This document shows positions 48,701 through 57,133 of a DNA stretch of 64,000 nt, one piece after another. A program made the translations under genes and the position numbers. The DNA is taken from the sequence record NC_041916.1. One strand, 5' to 3'. The notes under the pieces are model-generated. The model saw only the letters and a program-made list of their open reading frames with translations. It was not told the origin of the DNA and searched no databases. The number at the start of each line of letters is the position of its first letter. Position 1 is the first letter of the stretch.

Positions 48701-49734
48701 TGATTCAAGAAATGGTGAAACGTGGACACTCAGACCCTAGAGAAATAGCAGAGATGTTGGCTCTAACGGATTATGAGACCGGGGGTTACAAAGCAACCGC
48801 AGAGAACATGCGTTACTCTAACGCTCAACGCGCTCGTAACATTTTCCGTAAGTTGAAGAAATTCAACATTGCTCAAGTGGAAGACCTCATCCGCAGAGGA
48901 CCTGTGGCGTTTGCGAACGCCGTGTACAACGGTTGGTTGGGCAATACGGACTCTGAGAACGATGGGTGGTTGTACCGTGGTCGTGGGTTAGTGCAATTAA
49001 CGGGTAAAGATAACTATGAGAAAGCGGGAGCTGATCTAGGCATCGATATCGTTAACAACCCTCGTATGGTGTCGGAAGACCCTGAGACCATGGCGAAGAC
49101 CGCCATTTGGTTCTACGAGAACAACCCACAGATGCGTTCCATCAAACACCACGGTGACTTTGCCTTTGCAGCTCGTGGATTGAATGGTGGTAAAGCTCTG
49201 CCGGGAATGGACAAACGTGAAGCGTTGTACAACCAATATCTGGAAGACCTCATGCAAGGTGAGTTAACGAAAGATATGGGAACAGGTGAAGAGGAAGCGC
49301 CTAAGGAAGACATGCCGGCATTGCCGGAAGTTCCTCCGATGCTTGCTGCGCTACCTAAAGAACGATTGGAGAAGGAAGAGAAGTCTGCAATGGCTCCGAA
49401 ACCAATTCCTAAACCTTCGTTGGATGACGCACCTGCTCAAGCAACGGCTGCGGTTAAAGAGACCAAAGCACCGGTTACGAAAACACCGACAACACCACCT
49501 CAAGCACCAACGTTAATGGATGACCGTCCATTGCCTGATTTAGCGAAAGCCAAGGTGCCGGAAAAACTAGCACCGCCTGAACCTGTTAAGGTAGAAGCGG
49601 ACGTTAAGTTGAAACCGGAGACCGAAGCAGCACTAAGTGGGCAAGCGAAAATACTGGCTCAAATTCTTAACGCCATTAATGAAGGGAATAACCAAGCGGC
49701 TCGCCAACGCCAGCCATCGGTTAACCCTTTCTAA
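42760..49734 (+). CDS. Tape measure / tail-associated lysin (phiKZ gp181-like) with a C-terminal GH19 domain, 2324 aa
   Basis: Divergent from the vRNAP genes; helical body, Gly-rich hydrophobic segments; YETGG...DGWLYRGRGLVQLTGKDNY...LNGG. Confidence 0.88.
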   Translation: MATDNDWGDDFLDGDFDFDYDFDGNKDQGFLKSVSKGFFSSLKSNTVGDTDAKIKTLRRILPSSFGTTFNFYRDLDRRKKEAFKEFKENSAELMGDLAFLSGSLSESLRDRLPNKIVDGLDEFSKKDFSDWEKEGEYRDPGLSMESVTGDMEQQMLEALEAQSSITVEATDTMTRVMSSIGAKQLSAGLQNNDQLYEVNANLRRLYEYQMNVQAKREAMKLNLMTRNFLTSAKYYKFMEASQHRLVRELKDITKNTAMSEYEKTSAIQAAKSNIRDGILQTTLARTGGFGEALSSIISKDSVNEGLSTFGQIVGDLRFATEMSQGSGINAGEMIGSMLGQYVVEKGPEFLGTPAGKKMVNKLRLRYPEQAKKFDEMYKTLTEFGDTLSYSTKALGSVMGRHYQETGMMDLPDQTYEEYLEELPADKDPMPKALWATIRKATKAAGGAFNLIGENYQESQGSFYQIQEKSLASLKDVSVWSIHDSRSLTEEIPTLLSEIHNSIEKIRTGDDNASKLRYDYRTSRVTTTDSLNKQVERIVTPAWELNSYADTARSIAKDLDKDGTLSKEALDALSLRLARESDKGNIFNPYDYIRMQTDEYLNEDHAKEIDELMRSRFQIKEEDIARTQENTLDGLMARLMVPTAEGKELLHRLSERTESLKNYTPDVSKKIDLIRNLGLDEGLKSSGYVMVDEKTNKEYINQELIWKQLHNQITGKGLNLELPKVDIHNPTDTRLELGRRSRYTPTPLNNSQTPPSFSDGLSSSLPSLPPFQEEVSGVLSNIMDTLVEIQNNTKVLEAIHGKDQSGLSLNLEPMLDLMTTNNSTLAEISSTQLEQLAVLRKLKAVTTIGTEGLGDGEVTPEKQQEEKEKRSLIERLRAIVPADVFNKGVEALIANKPMVLGGLLGGLGVTAMTNPKAAALLAGGAAVATVYGKLNHLANSGSAPGEDEDLYDEEGNEVLYASKKNAGDYYDQASRKVIKSWKDVKGTVIDMSAGASEIAASAKRLGGKLFGPDGREVVLEGVHRLKAFVSKTYKAIDPVGKAKQLFEAARTEVDQLNVYLKGDSDPVLTRRGFKNGWYYDAEGNEIKGWRDIKGPVYDQNGDELISMEDLKAGLHTVGGVTLDSLSSAGKSFGKMLSKGSNWLQTEGRERLGSKILGQEVHLDRTGGKYEPITERLDSIYALVAKHWGYDDKIPMSEKVGPKIKAQMDKLTEDDDADVTPDKPGIRLNSLADKIRRKKEAKRAQFQDSVIDIADTLKPKDKDGKPKKDGGIFGSLLGMAGGGLFAMLKKFLGLGISGFSSMMKLNGTIAKGLFSLGKVLTGALLGKRAKDGVEDIVDGMDGSGERRKGGKGKRGRGRFPRMGKMGGMTKLGLGAGLMIGGDMALDFARDSLDPEEGSVTDKLLDYSSVGLDVAGLGMTASAIAGMAGTSLGGIAAAAAPLLLNPITLGVAGVGLVGYGAYKYFSSSDLTTQQKLRMAQYGIDAQHEELINEVLKLEAQLENYVSINGDQANFTETTPFNKILSPFFASRKTQQGLQDGVTWFGKRFKPVFLSYLSAMRTLNCNGFKEFDQSKNLNVAIIAKEANQNVMNVNPNPYRIQVWISPDVYALDYADTMAQVNRYLEEFKKDNDKTNMFKKLPEDLMIQNTETQIKENEQKGMLSSAWDKLTGNYVDQDKQDKLDTWFKQPEIIKDIDVSDMLPGDKPVAIITAFRLAAYGNDENMPWRVEGVLKLERWMESRMAFIGGKAQFTGTDEEFWKAFAMTFRITSKRGREMTLRWFNYRFLPVFTAWFETCRTQRGGVPSKVWRALSATAKFRFARRVSEMTVLIDERVRAVFEIDEAPFEGERSSGMSTKAKRLLTALEVKANEAKIKDPELERTLTQPDKIKDNSVYAPAPGTMTADPKANPDFQALRGGIATPEEMRNNRGPHGRKKREQQWARNQLSGELDQINVDTSQKYDAGAELKPGNDRGVSLNKDQMVKVLIQEMVKRGHSDPREIAEMLALTDYETGGYKATAENMRYSNAQRARNIFRKLKKFNIAQVEDLIRRGPVAFANAVYNGWLGNTDSENDGWLYRGRGLVQLTGKDNYEKAGADLGIDIVNNPRMVSEDPETMAKTAIWFYENNPQMRSIKHHGDFAFAARGLNGGKALPGMDKREALYNQYLEDLMQGELTKDMGTGEEEAPKEDMPALPEVPPMLAALPKERLEKEEKSAMAPKPIPKPSLDDAPAQATAAVKETKAPVTKTPTTPPQAPTLMDDRPLPDLAKAKVPEKLAPPEPVKVEADVKLKPETEAALSGQAKILAQILNAINEGNNQAARQRQPSVNPF

Positions 49735-49738
49735 ATAC

Positions 49739-49756
49739 GGGGAGGTTCGCCTCCCC
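49739..49756 (+). terminator. UUCG hairpin after the tape measure gene (weak U tract)
   Basis: GGGGAGG-TTCG-CCTCCCC. Confidence 0.6.
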
Positions 49757-49782
49757 CATTATCAACACCTAAGGAGACTTAC

Positions 49783-51963
49783 GTGAGTGTAACCGTTACA
49801 GACCGAGACCTCGTGAAGAAGTCTTTCCGTCTGATGGCTTCTGGTGTCGAAAACGTCACCATACGCGATCACTTAAACAAAGATCTTTACTATAACTTTT
49901 TCTCTAGTGCTCCGGGCGATAACCGTTACATTAACCCGTTGCCTCAATTCTCTCCATCGGCTGACCCTCGCTTCACTCAATTCATGAGTACTAAGGAAGG
50001 CGGGATGGGGACCCAATACAAACGCGTGTTCGATGACAATGCCTCACTAGTAACCATTACTCCGGGGGTTCCAGAGTTTACTGGGTTACTGACTTTCATC
50101 ATGAATATGTTTGACCCTGTTGCTGCGGTAATGGCAAACAAAGGGCGTGCTCCCGGGTTTTTGTTTTACGTAGGACAGGCGGTTGGTACGGTAGCCTTTG
50201 CACCACTCCAACTCATCAACATCGGTGCCCAGTTTTTGTACTGGTTGTCGAACACCCCTAAGAACCAGTTCTATTATGTTAAACCAGCGGTAGGTCAATA
50301 CTTCCAGTCAGCCAACAACTTATTGAACGACATCATGGTTTCGCTAGGTGCCATCAAACCAGTACTTCCTATGAAGTACGATGACACGGCTCCAGTGAAC
50401 GGGATTGATCCATCATACAAAAAAGAGTATCAAGAAGAAATCGCTCGTTTGTCCAAAACCTTCGGGGACGTGGTAAATGAAGACGGTACGATCGACTTGG
50501 CTCGTATGATGACTCGTGGGGTTCGTAAGTTCCGACACTTTGTTAAGGAAGTGAAAAAGCTGGATGACGCAGCTATCAACAGCCCTAACCAGAAACTGGA
50601 CAGTATTGAAGACAAGCTCAAAAACTTCCGTCCGGGTGATGGGAATGCTTACGACGTTCCGTTACAAAAACTCTTGGATAAAGAGTTGGGTACGGTTGGT
50701 CGTATTCGTGGTGACGGTACTGAAGAACCCAATACCCCAGAACGTCATTCTGCGTATCTGGACAAAGAGATCTATGGTGACCCTAACGCCACAGGTGACC
50801 CTAAGACCACAACGTATTCTGGTGGTGGGCAGTTACCGGGGTTGTTTGGTAACCAGAACAATGAAGGTGGACAGGCTCCAACTGGGAACACGTCAGCGTC
50901 CAGTGCTGCACCTAAACACCCGGGGGATTCCAATCGACCACCTTTAACCGGTACAACACCTAACATCTACCAAGCAGCGGATACCCAAGTCACCTATGAA
51001 GACAATACGCAAGACCGTAGTTGGATGGGTGACATCGTGGACTTGCTGGAAACGTCACTGTACGGTGGTTTCGACGCATTTACTATGCGTTGTGAACATC
51101 AAGGTGCGGTGAGTGACTCGTTCAATAACACCACGACGGGCTCACCAATGGCGTCCAAGTTTAACTCTGCGGTAAAATCGGTGAACGACTTCCGATTTGA
51201 CATGGCAGACATGCAACTGGGCATCGGTGTGGTTGATGGGGTAATGAATGCGATTCGTGATGTGGCTGGCGGTATTGCAGCTTCAGCGTCCATCGTTAAC
51301 ATCCCTCTGGCGCTAACCAACAACGCTCACGTTAACATCCCTGACCACTGGTCTGAATCTTCAGCCAACCTTCATCGAGAATCTTACAAGTTCGAATTCA
51401 AAGCAACGTATGCTACATTGTACTCACAAATCACCACCATGTGGGCACCGTTCTGTATGTTGTTGCCTTTGATCTTACCAAACTCTGCGGGCGGTTCTGC
51501 TAACACCTCACCATTCATGTGTAAAGTCTTTTCTAAAGGAAGACAGATCATTCGAACCGGTATGGTGGAAAGCGCAACGATTCGTTTTGGTGAAGGACCG
51601 GGTGGATGGACCAAAGACCGTAAGTGTTTGAACATTACGGTTGAACTTACGTTCGTGGATATGGAGAAATACCTCAGTATCCCTATCACGCGTGCTTCAG
51701 GATTATTAAGTTCCATCACTAACCCGGCAGCAGCAGTATCTCGTATGTTAACCGACGTAGGTCCTTACAACGCTTACATCGCTCGTATTACTGGTACTGA
51801 TTACTTAGACACGGTTTTACGTTGGAGTCAGTTATCGAAACGTTTGACCACCCAAACAGTTGCGTGGAAACAAAGCGTGGCTCCGGGTAACATTGCAGGT
51901 ATGGTCGCGGACTCTGTGGTCGGTGATATTGCCAAAGTGTTTGCTCGTCCATTAGCTCGATAA
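49783..51963 (+). CDS. Virion structural (baseplate hub-like) protein, phiKZ gp182-like, 726 aa
   Basis: GTG start with a GGAG RBS; follows the gp181-like gene; motifs AINPLPQF-like, PDHW, TSPFMCKVFSKG. Confidence 0.75.
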   Translation: MSVTVTDRDLVKKSFRLMASGVENVTIRDHLNKDLYYNFFSSAPGDNRYINPLPQFSPSADPRFTQFMSTKEGGMGTQYKRVFDDNASLVTITPGVPEFTGLLTFIMNMFDPVAAVMANKGRAPGFLFYVGQAVGTVAFAPLQLINIGAQFLYWLSNTPKNQFYYVKPAVGQYFQSANNLLNDIMVSLGAIKPVLPMKYDDTAPVNGIDPSYKKEYQEEIARLSKTFGDVVNEDGTIDLARMMTRGVRKFRHFVKEVKKLDDAAINSPNQKLDSIEDKLKNFRPGDGNAYDVPLQKLLDKELGTVGRIRGDGTEEPNTPERHSAYLDKEIYGDPNATGDPKTTTYSGGGQLPGLFGNQNNEGGQAPTGNTSASSAAPKHPGDSNRPPLTGTTPNIYQAADTQVTYEDNTQDRSWMGDIVDLLETSLYGGFDAFTMRCEHQGAVSDSFNNTTTGSPMASKFNSAVKSVNDFRFDMADMQLGIGVVDGVMNAIRDVAGGIAASASIVNIPLALTNNAHVNIPDHWSESSANLHRESYKFEFKATYATLYSQITTMWAPFCMLLPLILPNSAGGSANTSPFMCKVFSKGRQIIRTGMVESATIRFGEGPGGWTKDRKCLNITVELTFVDMEKYLSIPITRASGLLSSITNPAAAVSRMLTDVGPYNAYIARITGTDYLDTVLRWSQLSKRLTTQTVAWKQSVAPGNIAGMVADSVVGDIAKVFARPLAR

Positions 51964-51980
51964 AAAAATAAAGTAAAGGT

Positions 51981-52011
51981 AACCCCTACTCCCGTCAAGG
52001 GAGTAGGGGTT
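51981..52011. terminator. Bidirectional terminator between convergent genes
   Basis: 13-bp stem AACCCCTACTCCC / GGGAGTAGGGGTT, preceded by A7TAAA. Confidence 0.85.
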
Positions 52012-52018
52012 ATATTGG

Positions 52019-53152
52019 TTATCGTATGTTTATTACCGGAGTATCGGGGAAGTGATCAAAGAAGGTGTCGTCAGCACGCCCTTCGTTAAAAGTCCCGCGC
52101 AACATCACTATGATTCTTAAGCGTTCTTCATTACGTAAGAGTATCATCGCGTCATTACTGCATTCGCTCCCAATAAGGACGTTGTAAGCGTCACCATGAG
52201 CCGTTGGCACTAAATACCAATCTACCCCATAGATATCGGATAAGTGTCCGTCTAACTCTTTACAGAGCACCTCGTGTTCATGAGGGTAAACTTTCTTATC
52301 CATGTAGTAAGCACTCAACAGATCTCGAGGAAGTGTCGGGTACGTAGAACGAATCTTAGGGTATTGCGCTTTACCCAGAATCTTAAGCATCTCACGGAAA
52401 CTGAAATAATCCCCGTTGCTGATCACGTACTTGATAGCGTTGATCATCATGTCGTTGGCTTTAGACTGTGGTTTTATTTTACCGTAGATCTCAGCGTACG
52501 CTTCCACCATCCCTGCTTGTGCGGCAGAGTACAACATGGTTGCGTCAAAGGCATCTTGTTTGGCTGAGTCCTTAACGTCTTGGTAAAGTTCGTACCCAGC
52601 CATCCCTAGGGCGTAGATCAGGCCTTCTGTTGTTCCGTCTCGCCAACCGTCTTTGAAACTTAATTGGTCACCGTTCTTATCGAGCAATGACCCACCATCG
52701 GGATCCGTCAGTTGAACAAACAAATCAAATAAGGTATCCCCTGCTTGACCTTTGAATGTTTCACTGTTCCCAATGTTGTAACCCACGATATCAGAAATGT
52801 CGTCCAATACCGCTTCTTTGTTGATCTTGATCTTACCGCTTTCTACATCGAGTAAGTCTCGCGCATCCTTTATACTGAAGTTCTCAGTCTTGCTTTGATA
52901 CGCTTCAGTCATCTGACCTAAGGTCTGACTCTTAAATCCGTTTAGCGTCTCATCCAACCCGTCCATTGAAGGCATGACAGACTCGATACCTAAGTAGTTG
53001 TCTTCACTACTGGCGTCGATAGGGTCAGTGGCTTGTTTACGAATAGATCCCACATCACTGCTGATTTGCTCAGCACTGCGTGATACCGGGTCTGTGGTTG
53101 CCACTCCTTCAAACGGATCAAATGAGTCTAAGGACGTTGCTTTATCACTCAT
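52019..53152 (-). CDS. Probable virion structural protein of a phiKZ-like family, ~377 aa
   Basis: Likely start MSDK at 53152; acidic N-terminus with GIE/S; C-terminal DWY...SNDA..LL pattern. Exact family uncertain. Confidence 0.5.
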   Translation of the reverse strand: MSDKATSLDSFDPFEGVATTDPVSRSAEQISSDVGSIRKQATDPIDASSEDNYLGIESVMPSMDGLDETLNGFKSQTLGQMTEAYQSKTENFSIKDARDLLDVESGKIKINKEAVLDDISDIVGYNIGNSETFKGQAGDTLFDLFVQLTDPDGGSLLDKNGDQLSFKDGWRDGTTEGLIYALGMAGYELYQDVKDSAKQDAFDATMLYSAAQAGMVEAYAEIYGKIKPQSKANDMMINAIKYVISNGDYFSFREMLKILGKAQYPKIRSTYPTLPRDLLSAYYMDKKVYPHEHEVLCKELDGHLSDIYGVDWYLVPTAHGDAYNVLIGSECSNDAMILLRNEERLRIIVMLRGTFNEGRADDTFFDHFPDTPVINIR

Positions 53153-53190
53153 ACCACCCACCATCAAAAAAAATAAGGAACATAAAATTC

Positions 53191-53214
53191 GCCGACACCC
53201 CGAAGGATGCCGAC
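53191..53214 (-). terminator. UUCG terminator hairpin
   Basis: GTCGGCATCC-TTCG-GGGTGTCGGC; the G-U pairs work only on the minus strand; TTATTTTTTTT lies 14 nt downstream. Confidence 0.75.
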
Positions 53215-53245
53215 GGTCTTTTATTACGTAATAATAGACAAATAA

Positions 53246-53701
53246 CTATTTGGTGTTTCGAGCGTTGTGCACACGTCCCGATTCCGACACAGTTACTGTT
53301 TCTCCGTTTTCAAGTTCGACTTCCATAGTAAACTTGTAACGGCGTGCTTGGATGATACTTAATCCATTTAAGAGTTTAGGAAAGGTCATGGTATCATTTT
53401 TGAAAAATGCGGAACGAATGTTCCCCATCAATGTAGTCCTTTCTGTTTTGGCTCTTACTGGGTCTGGGTTGGTTACTTCCCAATCGATGTATTCTTTTAA
53501 AAGCAATACTAATTGGTCCGTAGTAAGGTTTAGCTTCCGAAGTAAAGCTCGAAAGAGTCGGGATGGTGGATCCTTTAAGTCACGATCTTCGACGTAGCTT
53601 TTGGTCACTACCCCTAAATCTAAATCGACTTTCACCCCATACTTGTTTCTGTTTTCTTTAGCTTCGGTTTCGGTTGTTTTCGAGTTTTTCAAAATCGTCA
53701 C
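53246..53701 (-). CDS. Conserved-looking hypothetical protein, 151 aa
   Basis: GTG start; SRLFRALL...GNI...MTF..GL pattern like a phiKZ-like core hypothetical. Confidence 0.65.
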   Translation of the reverse strand: MTILKNSKTTETEAKENRNKYGVKVDLDLGVVTKSYVEDRDLKDPPSRLFRALLRKLNLTTDQLVLLLKEYIDWEVTNPDPVRAKTERTTLMGNIRSAFFKNDTMTFPKLLNGLSIIQARRYKFTMEVELENGETVTVSESGRVHNARNTK

Positions 53702-54272
53702 CTCTCGGCTGACTCTGCAATAACAATTCTAGTACCACTATGTAGTCGCTAAGGACTTTGATAAAGAGACCGGAGAAAACAAACGCACGTTGAACTTCTG
53801 ACACGGGATGGTCGTAATCCCCTGTCGGCCCTTCGCCGTAACGCTCATAATGAACACGAATACCGATTTGTAACCAAACCGCCATGTGTTCTAAGATTTC
53901 TTCGATAGACTCTTTATTGGAGTACCAGTCTAATATCAGTAATTCTTTCTTACTGGTCACAAACGTATCGTAATAAATTGCAACACGTTCATGAGGGTCT
54001 CTGAAGCTGTCTCTGACGAACAGAGCGAAGCCCTCAGAGCTTCTAGTGCTAGTTTTAATATAACGCTTCCGCATCCAGTTAAAGTCTTCCACAAACTCAT
54101 ACGGGAGCTCTTTTTGGAAATTGTATAGAGCAAGGAACACTTCGCTTATAAGCGCCATGCTACTAGGTTTCAATAAATCTGTAATTTCCGCCAAGGTTGT
54201 TAAATGATCGGACACGTCCTTAGGTTTAGGTTTAAGTCCAAAGTAACCCAAGAGACGCTGCAATAGCTTCAT
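53658..54272 (-). CDS. Hypothetical protein, 204 aa
   Basis: AAGGAG RBS; downstream of an early-promoter motif. Confidence 0.7.
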   Translation of the reverse strand: MKLLQRLLGYFGLKPKPKDVSDHLTTLAEITDLLKPSSMALISEVFLALYNFQKELPYEFVEDFNWMRKRYIKTSTRSSEGFALFVRDSFRDPHERVAIYYDTFVTSKKELLILDWYSNKESIEEILEHMAVWLQIGIRVHYERYGEGPTGDYDHPVSEVQRAFVFSGLFIKVLSDYIVVLELLLQSQPRGDDFEKLENNRNRS

Positions 54273-54308
54273 TAATACACTCCTTTTCTTTTTAACAAGG
54301 TAGGTTAC

Positions 54309-54332
54309 TACCTAGATAATATAGGTTTAAAA
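54309..54332 (-). promoter_or_regulatory. Putative early promoter
   Basis: TTTTAAACCTATATTATCTAGGTA. Confidence 0.7.
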
Positions 54333-54338
54333 TAATTT

Positions 54339-54842
54339 ATGACAGACCAAGAATTCAAACCCTACCATGCGGATGCCTCCGACCAAACGGTAAAGGGTAT
54401 TTTACAACAACTCTTTGAGGCTAACCGTAAAGACGAGGAAGACCCAAGTCAACGTAACTTGGTGAGTTCTATTCAACAACTCCGTGGACTCATCCTAGAT
54501 AACGCCACCGCTGCTTATTTAAAACGACCGAACGACCCGAAACTATTGGATGCATTAAACTCCTTAGTGGGGGCATTGGAGAAATCGGTACGCGATGATC
54601 GTAAAGAAGCGGAACGTAATAAGGACCGAGAAGAAAACCGTGCAAGCTTTAACCAAATGATTGAAGCATTGGGTTCACTTAACAACATGGAAATCCAACT
54701 TCCTACATGGGGAGAAGGGTCATTCATCATCAACATGGATGCCGAACTGGATGAACTGTTGGCTGATCAACCTAAGATTCGTGAAGACGAATTGGTGCAA
54801 GGTCAGGTTTATCTAGACTTTGACGGTGAAGCCGTTTCTTAA
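54339..54842 (+). CDS. Hypothetical helical protein, 167 aa
   Basis: Clean ORF ending at a bidirectional hairpin. Confidence 0.7.
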   Translation: MTDQEFKPYHADASDQTVKGILQQLFEANRKDEEDPSQRNLVSSIQQLRGLILDNATAAYLKRPNDPKLLDALNSLVGALEKSVRDDRKEAERNKDREENRASFNQMIEALGSLNNMEIQLPTWGEGSFIINMDAELDELLADQPKIREDELVQGQVYLDFDGEAVS

Positions 54843-54854
54843 TAAAAATGTATA

Positions 54855-54887
54855 ATATTCCCACTCCCCAAAAAGGAGTGGGAATAT
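54855..54887. terminator. Bidirectional terminator
   Basis: 13-bp stem ATATTCCCACTCC / GGAGTGGGAATAT between convergent genes. Confidence 0.8.
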
Positions 54888-54889
54888 GT

Positions 54890-55213
54890 TTACTTTTCAC
54901 TTCTTGGCATAAAGGAGAGATCTAAAAAGGACTCTCCCCAACCAACGCTTAATGTAAAGCGTTGACGACCGTGGTGAGTAAAGTCAGGCTCCCCAACCTT
55001 ATCCAGTGCGAAGGTGTCACAAAACCCATCCACCACACACTGGGGGTCGTGAGGGGTTTCGGTCCAAGGAATGCACACCAGATCAAAATCACGCTGCATG
55101 CTTCCAATGATGCTCAATCCCCAGCCATGCTGTTTGGCGATCTTAGCCAACTCAGGATACATCGCACAATAAGCAGGAGCAAAGGAAGGTTCTGGTTTAA
55201 CTCTTTCCGACAT
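54890..55213 (-). CDS. Minimal nucleotidyltransferase-like protein, 107 aa
   Basis: IIGSMQRDFDLVC matches the Pol-beta-superfamily GS..DxD motif; also HGR and DLS. Confidence 0.55.
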   Translation of the reverse strand: MSERVKPEPSFAPAYCAMYPELAKIAKQHGWGLSIIGSMQRDFDLVCIPWTETPHDPQCVVDGFCDTFALDKVGEPDFTHHGRQRFTLSVGWGESFLDLSFMPRSEK

Positions 55214-55934
55214 AGCTGGCTTCCATTTTCTCTTGTTCTGTTAACGACATCCCATCGTAAAATTTCAATGGTAAAGGGACCGCCGTGAAAATCACGCTCC
55301 ATAACAAACTGATACGTTGGATTTGTGCGGTTGGGGAAACTCCCATTTCTTCTGGTTCTTTTAAGAACACCGCCGGAATAAACAACTTGGTATCAGGGTT
55401 AGGTCGTTGATCAAACGTTTTCGTGAACTCTGGGTACCATTCACCTAATAGATGGTAAATGAACACATGGGAGAAATTGGAAACGTAACTTCCGGTGATC
55501 TCCTCCGCTTTACGATTCACAAAAGTCACCTTACAACGATACCCTAAATGGTGTTCTAAGATGAGTTTAAGTTCCACCAACAAATCAGGCGGGAGATCGT
55601 AAGGATGAGTAAGGACCGTGATTTCTAATGTTTCAACGCGAATCGGCTTACCGCTCAACCCTTCTGCATCCACCACCACTTTAAACAAGTTACGCAGCAA
55701 TGGACTTGGTCGGGATTTTACGATAGTATTAATGTCCCGTCTTGCGAAAGCATCACGATAGCTATCCATAGTGATACCAAAAGATGGACGGTCGAACTTA
55801 TCCAGTATGCGTGTAAAGTAGCTATGAGCGTAAACATTATCAAAAGTTTCCTTACTCGGTTCCAGTAATACATCTAGGGTACCTTGACGAGTGTCGAGTA
55901 GCGTGTCTAAATCGGTTAAGACTCGGTACGACAT
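55197..55934 (-). CDS. Conserved phiKZ-like hypothetical protein with a HAD-like DLD motif, 245 aa
   Basis: MSYRVLTDLDTLLDTRQG; AAGGAG RBS. Confidence 0.6.
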   Translation of the reverse strand: MSYRVLTDLDTLLDTRQGTLDVLLEPSKETFDNVYAHSYFTRILDKFDRPSFGITMDSYRDAFARRDINTIVKSRPSPLLRNLFKVVVDAEGLSGKPIRVETLEITVLTHPYDLPPDLLVELKLILEHHLGYRCKVTFVNRKAEEITGSYVSNFSHVFIYHLLGEWYPEFTKTFDQRPNPDTKLFIPAVFLKEPEEMGVSPTAQIQRISLLWSVIFTAVPLPLKFYDGMSLTEQEKMEASYVGKS

Positions 55935-55935
55935 C

Positions 55936-56451
55936 TTACGCTCCTTTAGTTTCTTTAGACAAACCTAACAGCATCTCTTCCACCATTGGACGAAACATTC
56001 CCAATATCGGGTTGTGGATCTGTGGTTCGTATGCCTTAATACGAGCAGAGATCTCTACTGCGTAGATACGGTGAAGAATGGCGTAAGTTTTCAATGGAGA
56101 CATGCCTTTGTGTCCATCCAATCCTAACTCTTTTAAATTAGGGTCGATGGCTTCAAACAACACCTCTACTTCTTCCGTAAGTTTTTGGTGGTCCACCGAA
56201 ACGATAGTGCGAAGGGTGATTTCCATCAACTCGGTAATGATGTCCGAGCTTCCTTCCTTTCTCTCCAAGATAAGATTCATGTAAGAATCAAACTCTTCAT
56301 ACACCGCGACCAAAGGTTTGACTTGCAACGCCGCAGTCACAGCGAAGATAGCGTGCGCTTTGTTTTCACCTTCGGTGTTAGACCATTGCAACACCGCCAG
56401 TTCTCGAGACCATACATCCAACCATGTGTTGATGGCAGGGAATTTACTCAT
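55936..56451 (-). CDS. Hypothetical protein, ~171 aa
   Basis: Start moved to the ATG at 56451 (MSKFPA), overlapping the upstream stop. Confidence 0.7.
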   Translation of the reverse strand: MSKFPAINTWLDVWSRELAVLQWSNTEGENKAHAIFAVTAALQVKPLVAVYEEFDSYMNLILERKEGSSDIITELMEITLRTIVSVDHQKLTEEVEVLFEAIDPNLKELGLDGHKGMSPLKTYAILHRIYAVEISARIKAYEPQIHNPILGMFRPMVEEMLLGLSKETKGA

Positions 56452-57133
56452 CACGTTCTCCCACGTTATTTTCCAAGTGACGACCACGCATCAGGATACC
56501 GGCGGTCATCAATGAACGAACACCCGTACCTCGACGCAATGATTCACGAACCGTGGCGTGACCAGTTTCTTGGATACTACGACGATATTCATCCAACGCG
56601 CCCAAGTCACCACCTTTGACGTCATACAGTTCACGAGCCATGAGGTCCAAACCTAAAGTCTTCAGTACGCGAACTTCAGGAATAGAAATACCAGTACCGC
56701 GAGAGTCCCCGAACACCTGACCTGTTAAGTCATCAATCTTCGTGTCGTCTTTAGCAGCACCAAACTTCTTAACCCACATCTGACGTTGTTTACGAGTTTC
56801 ACCCGTACCCACCACAAACGTTTCTGGCGTCTCGTACTCTAACCCAGTGTCTTGATCGTAGAAGATCAAGTGTTGTTCGATCAGCAACCCGCGTTTCTCG
56901 GCAGACTCCAAGAGTTTGTCGTAGACAGGGTATTCATCTGGGTTGTTGTTATCCACCCAAACCGACAACGGTTTACCTGATTCAATTTGAACCATGAGTT
57001 CTTCGAACTGGTCGTCGTTCATTTTGCTGAACAACTCTTTGTAAACTCGGTAGTTGTAACCACCTTTGGTGATCTCTTTCATAAGGTCTAGCCAAATCTT
57101 TTCGGCGACCTTACGATTTCGTGGTTCACTCAT
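56444..57133 (-). CDS. Virion RNA polymerase beta C-terminal subunit (phiKZ gp149-like), ~229 aa
   Basis: Start MSEPRN at 57133; YKELFSKMNDDQFE, RQMWVKK, IDDLTGQV, KGGD, GVRS. Confidence 0.82.
   Translation of the reverse strand: MSEPRNRKVAEKIWLDLMKEITKGGYNYRVYKELFSKMNDDQFEELMVQIESGKPLSVWVDNNNPDEYPVYDKLLESAEKRGLLIEQHLIFYDQDTGLEYETPETFVVGTGETRKQRQMWVKKFGAAKDDTKIDDLTGQVFGDSRGTGISIPEVRVLKTLGLDLMARELYDVKGGDLGALDEYRRSIQETGHATVRESLRRGTGVRSLMTAGILMRGRHLENNVGERDE

Noticed and set aside
42972-49516. Antisense and alternate-frame ORFs of 60-212 aa inside the tape measure gene
   Set aside because: These are Ser/Pro/Leu-rich mirror products of codon bias, with no RBS or promoter.
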